From the NCBI GenBank assembly GCA_964566895.1, contig CAZMJP010000003.1:1-43206 (forward strand): a stretch of DNA of 43,206 bases, given 5' to 3'. The position numbers were made by a program, and so were the translations under genes. The notes under the pieces are model-generated. The model was given only the letters and a program-made list of their open reading frames with translations, searched no databases and was not told the DNA's origin. This document shows positions 9,155 through 17,661 of this stretch, one piece after another (the stretch's first letter is position 1; the number at the start of each line of letters is the position of its first letter). The DNA comes from an uncultured Gammaproteobacteria bacterium. GTDB taxonomy: Bacteria > Patescibacteriota > Patescibacteriia > UBA2591 > UBA6264.

Positions 9155-10048
9155 CTACTTTTGCCGGATATTGCTGATTTTTTCTATTAATTCATCTAAT
9201 TCTTCGTCGCTGTAAACTTCAATAATAATTTTTGATTTTTTACCTCTCTTGATAATTTTTAATTTTGCGCCTAAAATTCCAGCCAAATCCCGTTCTTTTT
9301 CTAAAAGACGAGTGTCTATTTCAATGCTTTTCCGGACGCGCTTGCCCGAAATTATTTTTTCTGTTTCTTTGACTGTCAGACCAACGCCCAAAATCCTTTT
9401 AAGAAGGGCTTTTTGCTTTTCTTCATCCTGAACTGAGACTAAGGCTTTAGCATGTCCTTCGCTGATTCTTTCTTGTTCAATCGCTTGTTGAACTGCTTCT
9501 GGTAAAACTAAAAGTCGCAAGGTATTGGCAATACTCGACCTGGCTTTACCTAACTTCTGAGCCACTTGTTCCTGAGTCATATTAAATTCATCCATCAATT
9601 GCTGATAACCCCTGGCTCTTTCCATAGGATTAAGATCTTTTCTCTGAATGTTTTCTATTAATGAAATTTCCAGTTTCTGATTTTCTTTAACTGAACGGAT
9701 GACTGCCGGAACAGTTTTTAACTCTAAAAATTTAGCCGCCCGCCAGCGTCTTTCCCCGGTGATTATCTGATATTTGACACCCTCTCCGAATTCGGACTGC
9801 CCTGCCTCGAGCTTGCTCTGGTGCGGGGTCAGAATTAATGGCTGAATAATGCCGTACTCGCGAATAGAATTAATTAACTCTTCCATTTCTAAATGGGTAA
9901 AGCTTTTCCTGGGCTGATTTGGATTAGGTTCAATTTGTTCAGGCGGGATATTTAAAATTTGTTCGCCGGTTTTAACTAAACTGTCTTCAGTAATTTTTCC
10001 AATTATTTTTAAGGGAATTAAAGCACCTAAACCACGTCCTAAAGGCAT
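9155..10048 (-). CDS. parB: Chromosome partitioning protein ParB/Spo0J
   Basis: The protein carries GRGLGALIP, GERRWRAA (CTP-binding box) and ENIQRKDLNPMERA motifs plus an HTH segment. Confidence 0.93.
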   Translation of the reverse strand: MPLGRGLGALIPLKIIGKITEDSLVKTGEQILNIPPEQIEPNPNQPRKSFTHLEMEELINSIREYGIIQPLILTPHQSKLEAGQSEFGEGVKYQIITGERRWRAAKFLELKTVPAVIRSVKENQKLEISLIENIQRKDLNPMERARGYQQLMDEFNMTQEQVAQKLGKARSSIANTLRLLVLPEAVQQAIEQERISEGHAKALVSVQDEEKQKALLKRILGVGLTVKETEKIISGKRVRKSIEIDTRLLEKERDLAGILGAKLKIIKRGKKSKIIIEVYSDEELDELIEKISNIRQK

Positions 10049-10051
10049 ATA

Positions 10052-10093
10052 TTTAAACTTTAAACCTTAAACCTTAAACTTTAAACTATAAAC
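10052..10093. repeat. Six tandem 7-bp units (TTTAAAC TTTAAAC CTTAAAC CTTAAAC TTTAAAC TATAAAC)
   Basis: Read directly from the parA-parB spacer. The array ends 3 nt from the parB ATG. Confidence 0.9.
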
Positions 10094-10111
10094 TAACAAG
10101 TTGAATTTTTA

Positions 10112-10894
10112 TTACAACGATAAAAATTCCCTGGCTAATCTATGGTATGCTTTTGCTCCTTTTGAGTCGGGCGCGTATTCCAAAATCGTCTGACCGTAAC
10201 TCGGAGCTTCAGCTAACGATACATTTCTGGGAATCACGGTACGGAAAATCCGATGGGGAAAATGTTTATACAATTCATTCCAAACCTCTTCGGAAAGACG
10301 ACTGCGGGTGTCATACATTGTTAAAACCGCGCCTAAAATATCCAGACGAGGCTGCAAATTTTCTCTAACTAAACTAATGGTCTGTAAAAGTTGTCCCAAT
10401 CCTTCCAAAGCGTAGTATTCCGCTTGAACAGGGATCAAGGCGTAATCTGCGGCGACTAAACTGTTGACCGTGATCAAACCAAGAGAAGGTGGTGTATCAA
10501 TAAAAACAAAATCAAAATCTTCTTTTTTTTCTTTGCCCAAGTCGTAATTCAAAAGCGAACCAAGTTTTTTAGCTAAAATCGCCTCCCGACCTTCTAACCC
10601 AACCATTTCTACGTCGGCACCGGCCAGATTTTCATTGGAAGGAATAAGCCAAAAATCTTTCCGTGCGCCAATTAAACTTGAATGGGGAGAAATCTTCTCG
10701 CTTAAAACTTCGTAAATCCCCTGTTTTGTCTTTTCCACGCCCAATCCCGAGGTAGCGTTAGCTTGAGGGTCTAAATCAACTAAAAGCACTTTTTTGCCGA
10801 AATGAGCAAGATAAGCTCCCAAATTGACGGCGATATTCGTTTTTCCGGTTCCTCCTTTCCGGTTACAAATGGCGATAATCCGCGGACGATTCAT
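10112..10894 (-). CDS. parA: Chromosome partitioning ATPase ParA/Soj
   Basis: It has the deviant Walker A (NRKGGTGKTNIAVNL) and typical ParA motifs (DLDPQANAT, FIDTPPSLG). Confidence 0.93.
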   Translation of the reverse strand: MNRPRIIAICNRKGGTGKTNIAVNLGAYLAHFGKKVLLVDLDPQANATSGLGVEKTKQGIYEVLSEKISPHSSLIGARKDFWLIPSNENLAGADVEMVGLEGREAILAKKLGSLLNYDLGKEKKEDFDFVFIDTPPSLGLITVNSLVAADYALIPVQAEYYALEGLGQLLQTISLVRENLQPRLDILGAVLTMYDTRSRLSEEVWNELYKHFPHRIFRTVIPRNVSLAEAPSYGQTILEYAPDSKGAKAYHRLAREFLSL

Positions 10895-10904
10895 AGGTTA
10901 CCTT

Positions 10905-10933
10905 ATTATAACATTTAATATCATTTATGTAAA
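10905..10933 (-). promoter_or_regulatory. Sigma70-type promoter for parA
   Basis: On the minus strand it reads TTTACA-17 nt-TATAAT. The -10 box ends 10 nt before the parA ATG. Confidence 0.55.
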
Positions 10934-10961
10934 TAAAAAACCGCTCAATCCTATTTTGAGC
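10934..10961 (-). terminator. Intrinsic terminator after the response-regulator gene
   Basis: On the minus strand it reads GCTCAA-AATAGGA-TTGAGC followed by GGTTTTTTATTT. Confidence 0.55.
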
Positions 10962-10979
10962 TAGGCGCGACTTTAATCC

Positions 10980-11378
10980 TTATTCAGTCGGTTTCTTTTC
11001 TCCTGTGTACTTATCAATTTTGTCTAAGACCTCGGTCAAGTGAACGTCGGCTTTAATCAGATAATCCACTGCCCCTAAGGCTTTGCCTCTATTCACTTCT
11101 TTCTCTTGCCCTAAATTTGACAAGATAATCACGGGAATGTCCTGGGTTTTGGGATTATATTTCATTTTTTCCAAAACCTCAAAGCCGCTCAACTTAGGCA
11201 TCATAATATCAAGCAGAATTAAATCCAACTCTTCTTTGATAGCTAAATCTAAAGCTTCTTGCCCGTCCTCTGCTTCTAAAACACTATAGCCGGCACCCTC
11301 AACCATCCCTTTTAAAATAGCTCTCATATCCGGCTCATCCTCTGCAATGAGAATTTTTTTTACTTTCTCATTAGACAT
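10980..11378 (-). CDS. Stand-alone response-regulator receiver (CheY-like) protein
   Basis: ILIAEDEPDMR..DLILLDIMMPKLSGFEVL..K residues are typical of REC domains, and there is no output domain. The ATG at 11378 is preferred over the track's TTG at 11387. Confidence 0.88.
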   Translation of the reverse strand: MSNEKVKKILIAEDEPDMRAILKGMVEGAGYSVLEAEDGQEALDLAIKEELDLILLDIMMPKLSGFEVLEKMKYNPKTQDIPVIILSNLGQEKEVNRGKALGAVDYLIKADVHLTEVLDKIDKYTGEKKPTE

Positions 11379-11424
11379 AATAAACAAAGTTAGACTTATT
11401 ATTTATTAATATGTTTTAGCGTTT

Positions 11425-13938
11425 TTATGTCTTATACGGTAGGGTAAAGAAGAACGTTGTTCCTTTATTTTCTTCCGATTCAAACCAAATCTTCCCGTTA
11501 TGCGCTTCAACCAGTCCTTTGGCTAAATAAAGACCAAGTCCGGTTCCGGGTTTTTGACTGACATTTTCCGCCCGGAAAAAACGGGTAAAAATTTTTTCCT
11601 GTTGCTTTTGCGGTATGCCAACTCCCTGATCTTGGACAGAATAAACGATTTCCCCCTCCCGTTCTCCAAGCGTCAGTTTAATCTCTTTGCCTTCGGGAGA
11701 ATATTTAAGAGCGTTATCAAGTAAAATAATAATTACCTGGCGAATTTTCTCCGGATCAACCTCTATTTGAGGCAAAGGTTTTCTCGGTTTTTCAAAAACG
11801 AGTTTGGCTTTTTTCTTTTCTAAATACGGCTGGTATTCGTCAATTACTTTACCAACCAACTCTTCAAACTGCACTTTTTCTTTTTTAAAAACCAGCCGGC
11901 CAGATTCTAAACGGGAGACATTAAGTAGGTCATTAACTAATTCAATCATTCTATCGCTGCCGCGATAAATCCGTTCCATCTGCTCAAGCTCGCTCTTATT
12001 CATTTTCTTCTCCACTTGTTTAAGCAAGGCCTCCACTCCCCACTTAATAATGGTTACCGGAGTTCGCAACTGGTGCGAAGCCAAAGAAACAAACTCCGAT
12101 TTTATCCTGTCCATTTCCCTTTCTTTGGTAATGTCGCGAAAAACAACCACGCCGCCGATGGTCAGTCCCCTCTCGTTTTTAATGGCTGCGGCTGAACAAG
12201 CCACTGGCATCTCACTATTGTCTTTTCTGACCAAGAAAGTATGATTGGCCATCACTGAGAGCTGGCCGGTCTCTAACGCCTGCTCAATAAATCCGTTGTT
12301 TTCCTTTTTATCTTCCTCCCTTAGAAATTTAAAAACCTGATTATAAACCTTGTCTAAACAGTCATTCTGATTAAATCCGCTGATTCTCTCAACCGAAGGA
12401 TTCATTAAAATCAACTTTTTATCCAGACCGATAACAAACACCCCGTCGGCGATACTGACTAAAATCGCCTCGATTCTATTCTTCTCTTCCTCAATCCGAT
12501 TTTTAGCCAGGGCCAATTCTCGAGTTCTGTCTTTAACTTTCTGCTCCAAAGTGGCGTAATAAGCCCTAAGTTTGCGAGCCATTTCATTAAAACCTTCGGC
12601 TAATTGTTCCATCTCGTCCCTGGTTTTAATTTTGATTTGATAAGCCAAATTTCCCCGACTTATTTCCGCCGCCCCCTTGGTCAGTTCTTTAATTGGTTTG
12701 GTAACCAGTCGCGAACTGAATAAAATCAAAACAATCAAAATAAAAGTCACCCCTGTCAAAACAATAAAAATAAAACTTCTCGTTGTTAAAGCGCTAGCCA
12801 CAACTTCATTAACCGGGACGACTAAACCCAAACTCCAACCAGTATTTTCAATTGGCGAAAAAGCAACATATTTTTTTATTCCCCGAAAATTAACTGTTTT
12901 TAAACCATCTTCCCCCATAGTCATTATATCGATCGCTTGGAGTAGTTGAGGATTATCAGTATCCAGCAAACTATATCCTCTGACTAATGAAATGTTGGCA
13001 GTTTGTTTAGCCGCGGCGATTAAATCGGAAATTTCCACCGATTCTTCTCCTCCTAAATCAGGTTGAGCCCGAACCGGAGAACTGATTATTCTGCCCTGAT
13101 TATCTATCATAAAAGCGTAGCCTGTCTTCCATAATTGGATATCCAAAACCCTGTTGGTAATGTCTTGAAGTGTAAAATCAACGCCGGTTAAAGCGACCAT
13201 TTTGCCATTGTCGTAGACCGGTGACAAAGCGGAAACCATTAAACCATGACCGGTAACGTCAAGATAAGGCGGCGTCCATTTGGTCAGCCGCTCCGGATTG
13301 CGAGTTTCGTCTAAATCCTCCCAAAAAACCGGGTCAACTCCTTCTTTGTTAAGGTCAGGGGGTAAAACATCGGTGGCGAAACCGCCGCTCTTCTCCGGGT
13401 CGGGGTCCGAATTCGGATAAAAACGATACCAGCTGTATTTATCGCCGATAATATAAAGATTATCAATATCTGGATTTTCTTGTTTGATTGAAGGGAAAAC
13501 AAAATCCAAAGCCGCCGCCAAAGTTAATTCATATTTAACTTTTTCATTCAGGGGTTGCCAATTGAAAACAATCACCGAAGAAGCGTCGCTTGCTTTATTC
13601 CCCCATTGTCCTTCCGGACACTGAAATAATTTGTCAGTGGACCAATAGTCGGGATGGTAAAAATAATTTGGACCCCGATAAAATTCAGTGGCGTAGTCAG
13701 CCAAAATCTTGCTGCTGGAACTGATTTTGGATAAGACCAGATTAATCCTTTCCGCTTCCGCCCGGGAAAAACTTTCTAAACGACTAATAGCCTCGTTCTC
13801 CAATTCCCGGGTAGTTTTTGAAACCACAACTAATCCGACAAGAGAAATGGGCAGAAGTGAAAGTAGAATAAAAATTAAAACCAACTTAGTGTTTAACCCA
13901 AATCCTTTTTTGGGTTTTCGGTTTTCATTTTCTAACAT
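11425..13938 (-). CDS. Sensor histidine kinase (TM - Cache-like extracellular domain - TM - HAMP - PAS - HisKA - HATPase)
   Basis: The H-box is SLASHQLRTP, and the N and G boxes are LLDNALKYSP and GTGLGLYLAK. A HAMP-like segment follows the second TM helix. The extracellular region is about 330 aa. Confidence 0.9.
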   Translation of the reverse strand: MLENENRKPKKGFGLNTKLVLIFILLSLLPISLVGLVVVSKTTRELENEAISRLESFSRAEAERINLVLSKISSSSKILADYATEFYRGPNYFYHPDYWSTDKLFQCPEGQWGNKASDASSVIVFNWQPLNEKVKYELTLAAALDFVFPSIKQENPDIDNLYIIGDKYSWYRFYPNSDPDPEKSGGFATDVLPPDLNKEGVDPVFWEDLDETRNPERLTKWTPPYLDVTGHGLMVSALSPVYDNGKMVALTGVDFTLQDITNRVLDIQLWKTGYAFMIDNQGRIISSPVRAQPDLGGEESVEISDLIAAAKQTANISLVRGYSLLDTDNPQLLQAIDIMTMGEDGLKTVNFRGIKKYVAFSPIENTGWSLGLVVPVNEVVASALTTRSFIFIVLTGVTFILIVLILFSSRLVTKPIKELTKGAAEISRGNLAYQIKIKTRDEMEQLAEGFNEMARKLRAYYATLEQKVKDRTRELALAKNRIEEEKNRIEAILVSIADGVFVIGLDKKLILMNPSVERISGFNQNDCLDKVYNQVFKFLREEDKKENNGFIEQALETGQLSVMANHTFLVRKDNSEMPVACSAAAIKNERGLTIGGVVVFRDITKEREMDRIKSEFVSLASHQLRTPVTIIKWGVEALLKQVEKKMNKSELEQMERIYRGSDRMIELVNDLLNVSRLESGRLVFKKEKVQFEELVGKVIDEYQPYLEKKKAKLVFEKPRKPLPQIEVDPEKIRQVIIILLDNALKYSPEGKEIKLTLGEREGEIVYSVQDQGVGIPQKQQEKIFTRFFRAENVSQKPGTGLGLYLAKGLVEAHNGKIWFESEENKGTTFFFTLPYKT

Positions 13939-13971
13939 ATCCTTTGATTACTGATCATTAATTACCGACTA

Positions 13972-13980
13972 ATTATAGCA
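13972..13980 (-). promoter_or_regulatory. Possible extended -10 promoter for the kinase operon
   Basis: On the minus strand it reads TGCTATAAT, 34 nt upstream of the ATG at 13938. The -35 box is weak. Confidence 0.3.
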
Positions 13981-14074
13981 AATTTGAAAATAAACAAAAA
14001 GACCCGATTCCCTCGCTTTCAAGTGAACTGGGTCTATGTCCTTCAGCGCTCGGCGTATTTTTAATCTTTAATCT

Positions 14075-14260
14075 CTACTTACGGCTTATTGTTGCTCCCC
14101 AATAAATATAGACGAGGCAAGTGACGAGGAAAAATAATAGGCCAGGCAACGCCTTAATCTTAATTTTCCTCAGAGAGTTAAGGGAATTAACTAATCCCCA
14201 AAAACTCAACAGAAAACCTGCTATTGAAGCGCCCATCCATCCAAACATAAGAACCTCCAT
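14075..14260 (-). CDS. Small two-TM membrane protein (61 aa), hypothetical
   Basis: It has two hydrophobic helices. A consensus promoter lies upstream and the ATG start is clean. Confidence 0.55.
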   Translation of the reverse strand: MEVLMFGWMGASIAGFLLSFWGLVNSLNSLRKIKIKALPGLLFFLVTCLVYIYWGATISRK

Positions 14261-14299
14261 TAAATTACATTGTTTGAATTCATATCATTATTATTCGTA

Positions 14300-14328
14300 A
14301 ATATAACATATTTTTCTGCCTTTGTCAA
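14300..14328 (-). promoter_or_regulatory. Sigma70-type promoter
   Basis: On the minus strand it reads TTGACA-17 nt-TATATT, about 40 nt upstream of the 61-aa ORF. Confidence 0.6.
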
Positions 14329-14334
14329 CATTTA

Positions 14335-14367
14335 AAATTAATAAAAAGAGCGTTTTTCAGCGCTCTT
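14335..14367 (-). terminator. Intrinsic terminator after the SIMPL gene
   Basis: A 7-bp stem (AAGAGCG/CGCTCTT, 14346-14352 with 14361-14367) is followed on the minus strand by TTTATTAATTTT. Confidence 0.6.
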
Positions 14368-14389
14368 CTTATCAATTATAAAACCGATG

Positions 14390-15211
14390 TTAATTTATTT
14401 CATAAGTGATCGTTACCTGAACTTCTATTTTATTTTCTCCGGTTTGAATCTGAGGAATTCCTCCGCCCAGACCCGCGGCTTTGGGCGCCATAGCTTCTTC
14501 GCTAAAACTGAAACTGTCATAATACCGCAATCCTCCGCCTTCATTAAAACTGGTGATTCTGACTAAATTAACACCGAGTTGGGAGGCCAACTCTTTAGCT
14601 TTTTCTTTGGCTTCCTCAATTGCCTCCTCTCTGGCTTGTTTTTCCAACTCATCACGCTGGTCAATCATAAACTGCAAATCGCCGGCTTGGTTAGCTCCTT
14701 TTCCCGCCGCTCCCTGGATAAGATCGCCGATTTTATCCAAATCCCTGATTTTAACCTGTAAAGACTGGCTGACTTCATAACCGACCAAAGTTCTTTTCCC
14801 TTCGGGACAAGGAGGAACGCAATCCGCGCTCTTAAGCCATTCATACCGGGGATAAATGTAAAAATTAACAGTCTTCAAATCCTTATCATCAATCCCCTGT
14901 TCTTTCATAAAATCGACAATATCGTTCATTTTTTCCGTATTTTCCTCCATCGCTTCGCTGACGGTCTTTTTTTCAGTCAGGACCGTAAAACTGGCCAAAG
15001 CCAAATCCGGTTTGGCATAGATTTCGCCGGTAGCGGAAACGGTAATGCTATTCCGACTTTCAAATTCTTGTCCGATGTATCTCCCTTGCTTAATCTTGTT
15101 GCTGATGCCGACAATGACGTAAACGGTCAAAGAACAAAGAAAAACCAATAAAACCATCGCCGCAACAGCGATAAAAATTCTCTTTTCTCCGGTAAATCTT
15201 TCGTTAAACAT
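14390..15211 (-). CDS. SIMPL (DUF541/YggE-like) domain protein with an N-terminal TM anchor
   Basis: ITVSATGEIYAKPDLALASFTV.. and the C-terminal ..GENKIEVQVTITYEI are characteristic of SIMPL proteins. Confidence 0.75.
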   Translation of the reverse strand: MFNERFTGEKRIFIAVAAMVLLVFLCSLTVYVIVGISNKIKQGRYIGQEFESRNSITVSATGEIYAKPDLALASFTVLTEKKTVSEAMEENTEKMNDIVDFMKEQGIDDKDLKTVNFYIYPRYEWLKSADCVPPCPEGKRTLVGYEVSQSLQVKIRDLDKIGDLIQGAAGKGANQAGDLQFMIDQRDELEKQAREEAIEEAKEKAKELASQLGVNLVRITSFNEGGGLRYYDSFSFSEEAMAPKAAGLGGGIPQIQTGENKIEVQVTITYEIN

Positions 15212-15251
15212 AAGTTAATAATTAATCATATTATTTATTACTGCTGACTAA

Positions 15252-15280
15252 ATTATAAAAGAATTACTAAATATTGTAAA
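15252..15280 (-). promoter_or_regulatory. Sigma70-type promoter for the SIMPL gene
   Basis: On the minus strand it reads TTTACA-17 nt-TATAAT. Confidence 0.6.
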
Positions 15281-15287
15281 GAATCGC

Positions 15288-15320
15288 TAAGAAAAGGTCT
15301 ATCCGATTATTGGATAGACC
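15288..15320 (-). terminator. Intrinsic terminator overlapping the MFS stop codon
   Basis: A perfect 9-bp stem (GGTCTATCC/GGATAGACC) holds the TAA stop in its loop. It is followed on the minus strand by TTTTCTT. Confidence 0.75.
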
Positions 15321-16515
15321 CTTGACTGCGTAATTTCAACTTACTCAAAAACATAACTAAAGGTAAAAAAATAACTATTGCTGCGCCGGACAATATCCAG
15401 GCAGTCTGAATGCTCAAACTATTGGCAATCCAACCGCTCAAAAACAGACCTAAACCGGCAGCGCCGGCACTGGCCATTGAAACCGCGGAATCAATTATCG
15501 CTCGCTTGTCCGAAGGAATATTCTCCTGTAAAACGGCGTTCGTATAGGGTCGATAAACACCCCTGACCAGTTCATGAAGATAAAAACAACCCAGGGAAAC
15601 AACAAATGAAGAGGCAACGCCAGCAAAAATTATTAACCACCCCACTACACAGCCTATTGCTAGATAGACCCTTCCTATATTTGAAGCGCGCGTCTTGAAT
15701 TTTCCCGCCAATTCATTCCCCAGCATAATAAATAACGTTATTCCCACCCAGACAAAACCAAGATACTGGTTGCCGGGTAAAAACGGTCGGTAGCGCGGTT
15801 GCCAGTACATATTCAAAGCCTGAAATCCCAGAACAAGAATCACGGTTACAACCATAATCAAAAACACAACATAATTCTGCAGACTATAAACAATACCGCC
15901 CTGAATAATCTGTTTAAGATTGCCGGCAAAATTTTGATTTCTGTTTCTCTTTTGAAAATATTCCTCTCTCATTAACAAGTAGGACAGAAGCGCCAGCAGA
16001 CAAAATCCCGCTCCGGCTGTGACAAAAGGAATAGATAAATTCTTTATCCCCAGAAAAGCGCCGACTAGACCGCCAAATAAATTAGCCAAATTTGTGACTC
16101 GTCCTTCTAAACGGAACACCTTGAGTAATTTTCCATTCCAGTTGACAAAGTGCAAAGAATCCACCAGCCAGGCCCTTAAAGCGCCGGAGGCTAAAGCTAT
16201 GCCTAAAGCGATGATCAATTCGGCAAAAACAAAACCGAGAAAAGTAGTCGCGGCGCTGTAAAACAGGAAGCCAATCCCGTTAGCTAGACAAGATAGAACA
16301 AAAGACAGTTTCCGGCCGTAAAGATCAGCTACGGCGCCAGTCGGCACTTCAAGTAAAAATACGGCGAGCATAAAGCACAAATTCACCAAATTAACCTGCA
16401 ATAAATTCAGTCCTCCGCCCAATAAATAAGTCACGTAAACGGCCGAATGCAGAGCAAACAACAAGGTCGTCATCACGCTCACGGCAAGATAAATAGTGAT
16501 TGTTTTTCTAGCCAT
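15307..16515 (-). CDS. MFS transporter
   Basis: 402 aa with about 12 predicted TM helices. It has an MFS-like GAVADLYGRK loop motif, and AGGAGG lies 5 nt upstream of the ATG. Confidence 0.85.
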   Translation of the reverse strand: MARKTITIYLAVSVMTTLLFALHSAVYVTYLLGGGLNLLQVNLVNLCFMLAVFLLEVPTGAVADLYGRKLSFVLSCLANGIGFLFYSAATTFLGFVFAELIIALGIALASGALRAWLVDSLHFVNWNGKLLKVFRLEGRVTNLANLFGGLVGAFLGIKNLSIPFVTAGAGFCLLALLSYLLMREEYFQKRNRNQNFAGNLKQIIQGGIVYSLQNYVVFLIMVVTVILVLGFQALNMYWQPRYRPFLPGNQYLGFVWVGITLFIMLGNELAGKFKTRASNIGRVYLAIGCVVGWLIIFAGVASSFVVSLGCFYLHELVRGVYRPYTNAVLQENIPSDKRAIIDSAVSMASAGAAGLGLFLSGWIANSLSIQTAWILSGAAIVIFLPLVMFLSKLKLRSQGSIQ

Positions 16516-16552
16516 ACCTACCTCCTATTTATTAATTATTAATTATTGACGT

Positions 16553-16588
16553 TTATAAAAATCCCCTGAAGCTTTCTCTAATTCAGGG
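16553..16588 (-). terminator. Intrinsic terminator
   Basis: An 8-bp stem (CCCCTGAA/TTCAGGGG, 16562-16569 with 16581-16588) is followed on the minus strand by ATTTTTAT. Confidence 0.65.
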
Positions 16589-16621
16589 GAATTCCAAACG
16601 GAAAATAAGTTTAATCTTTAA

Positions 16622-16792
16622 TTAAGACTCAAATAACCAATAGTTGTTTCTTTTAAGTATACTAACCGCCTGAATTAGAGTTTTAATAGTAGAGAAATGA
16701 CAAATCTCCCAACTATCCATAGTAACGTGGGTAACACGACTATCTCTAACCGCCGGGCAGTAATTAAATTGCTTATTTTTGAAAAATTCCAT
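16622..16792 (-). CDS. Possible small protein (56 aa), hypothetical; below the ORF-track size cut-off
   Basis: The ATG at 16792 gives MEFFKNKQFNYCPAVRDSRVTHVTMDSWEICHFSTIKTLIQAVSILKRNNYWLFES. GAGGGAG lies upstream and the terminator at 16553-16588 lies downstream. I recognise no family. Confidence 0.3.
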   Translation of the reverse strand: MEFFKNKQFNYCPAVRDSRVTHVTMDSWEICHFSTIKTLIQAVSILKRNNYWLFES

Positions 16793-16924
16793 TTAAGTTT
16801 AATTAACTTTTCTCCCTCTTATAAATAAGACGAACTAGCCGGGCTCTCGTTACTTGTTTGTCGGATTTCAAAATAAAAAACCGGAGAAACTCAGTTTTTG
16901 GCTTAAATAATTAAAGTAGAAATT

Positions 16925-17335
16925 CTAACTGTTCCCGACTTCCGGGCTCACCTTAACCACTACTCTCCGGGTTCTCGGCCCGTCAAACTCGGCTAAAAAA
17001 ATCTGCTGCCAGGTTCCCCGAACCAATCGGTTGTCTTCGATAATCAAAACCCTTTCTTGGTTAACTAATCCGGAGAGAATATGAGAATCGGCATTATTGT
17101 CAATCCTATTGTGGGAAAAATTAATTCCGGAGACCAATCTCTCTAAAACCTTCAGCCAGTCTTGTCTCAATCCCGACTCATTTTCAGTCAAAATAATTCC
17201 GGCTGTCGAATGAGGAACGAAGACTACCGCCAATCCACCTTTAATCTTTCTTTGTTTGATTACTTGCTCTATCTGGTTAGTAATATCAATCAGTTGATAT
17301 CTATTTTTAGTTATCACCTTAAACTCTTCAATCAT
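16925..17335 (-). CDS. yjbQ: YjbQ/UPF0047 family protein (secondary thiamine-phosphate synthase-like)
   Basis: ..VFVPHSTAGIILTENES.. ..NADSHILSGL.. ..GTWQQIFLAEFDGPRTRRV match the family signature. Confidence 0.85.
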   Translation of the reverse strand: MIEEFKVITKNRYQLIDITNQIEQVIKQRKIKGGLAVVFVPHSTAGIILTENESGLRQDWLKVLERLVSGINFSHNRIDNNADSHILSGLVNQERVLIIEDNRLVRGTWQQIFLAEFDGPRTRRVVVKVSPEVGNS

Positions 17336-17385
17336 AATAGCCGCTGACTAAAACAACAATTTAAATTAACCTTTGGCGCCGGAAC

Positions 17386-17628
17386 CTACTCGTCGTCCAA
17401 TCCCGTGTCTTCTCCAATCTCCTTTTTCACTTCCTCAAATTCATTTTCAATCTCTTTCAGTCGCTCTTTGCTTGCTTTGATTAAGGCCATTCCTTCTTTG
17501 ACTTTTTCAAGTCCCGCCTCCACATCAACTTCCTCCTGACTGTCAAACCACTCAATGATTTTTTCAAGCTTTTTTAACGAATCTTTAAATTTATTTTTGT
17601 TTGTCCCGTTGGAAATTTCTTTTACCAT
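17386..17628 (-). CDS. xseB: Exodeoxyribonuclease VII small subunit
   Basis: An 80-aa helical protein (FKDSLKKLEKIIEWF..VDVEAGLEKVKEGMALIKASKERL) sits directly after xseA. Confidence 0.85.
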   Translation of the reverse strand: MVKEISNGTNKNKFKDSLKKLEKIIEWFDSQEEVDVEAGLEKVKEGMALIKASKERLKEIENEFEEVKKEIGEDTGLDDE

Positions 17629-17661
17629 ATTATTATAATTTTTATCTATCCGCCGATTAAA

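Noticed and set aside
9155-10979. A canonical parS site (TGTTNCACGTGAAACA) near parAB.
   Set aside because: No copy or close variant was found by eye in or around the parAB genes in this window. Only the heptad array is present.
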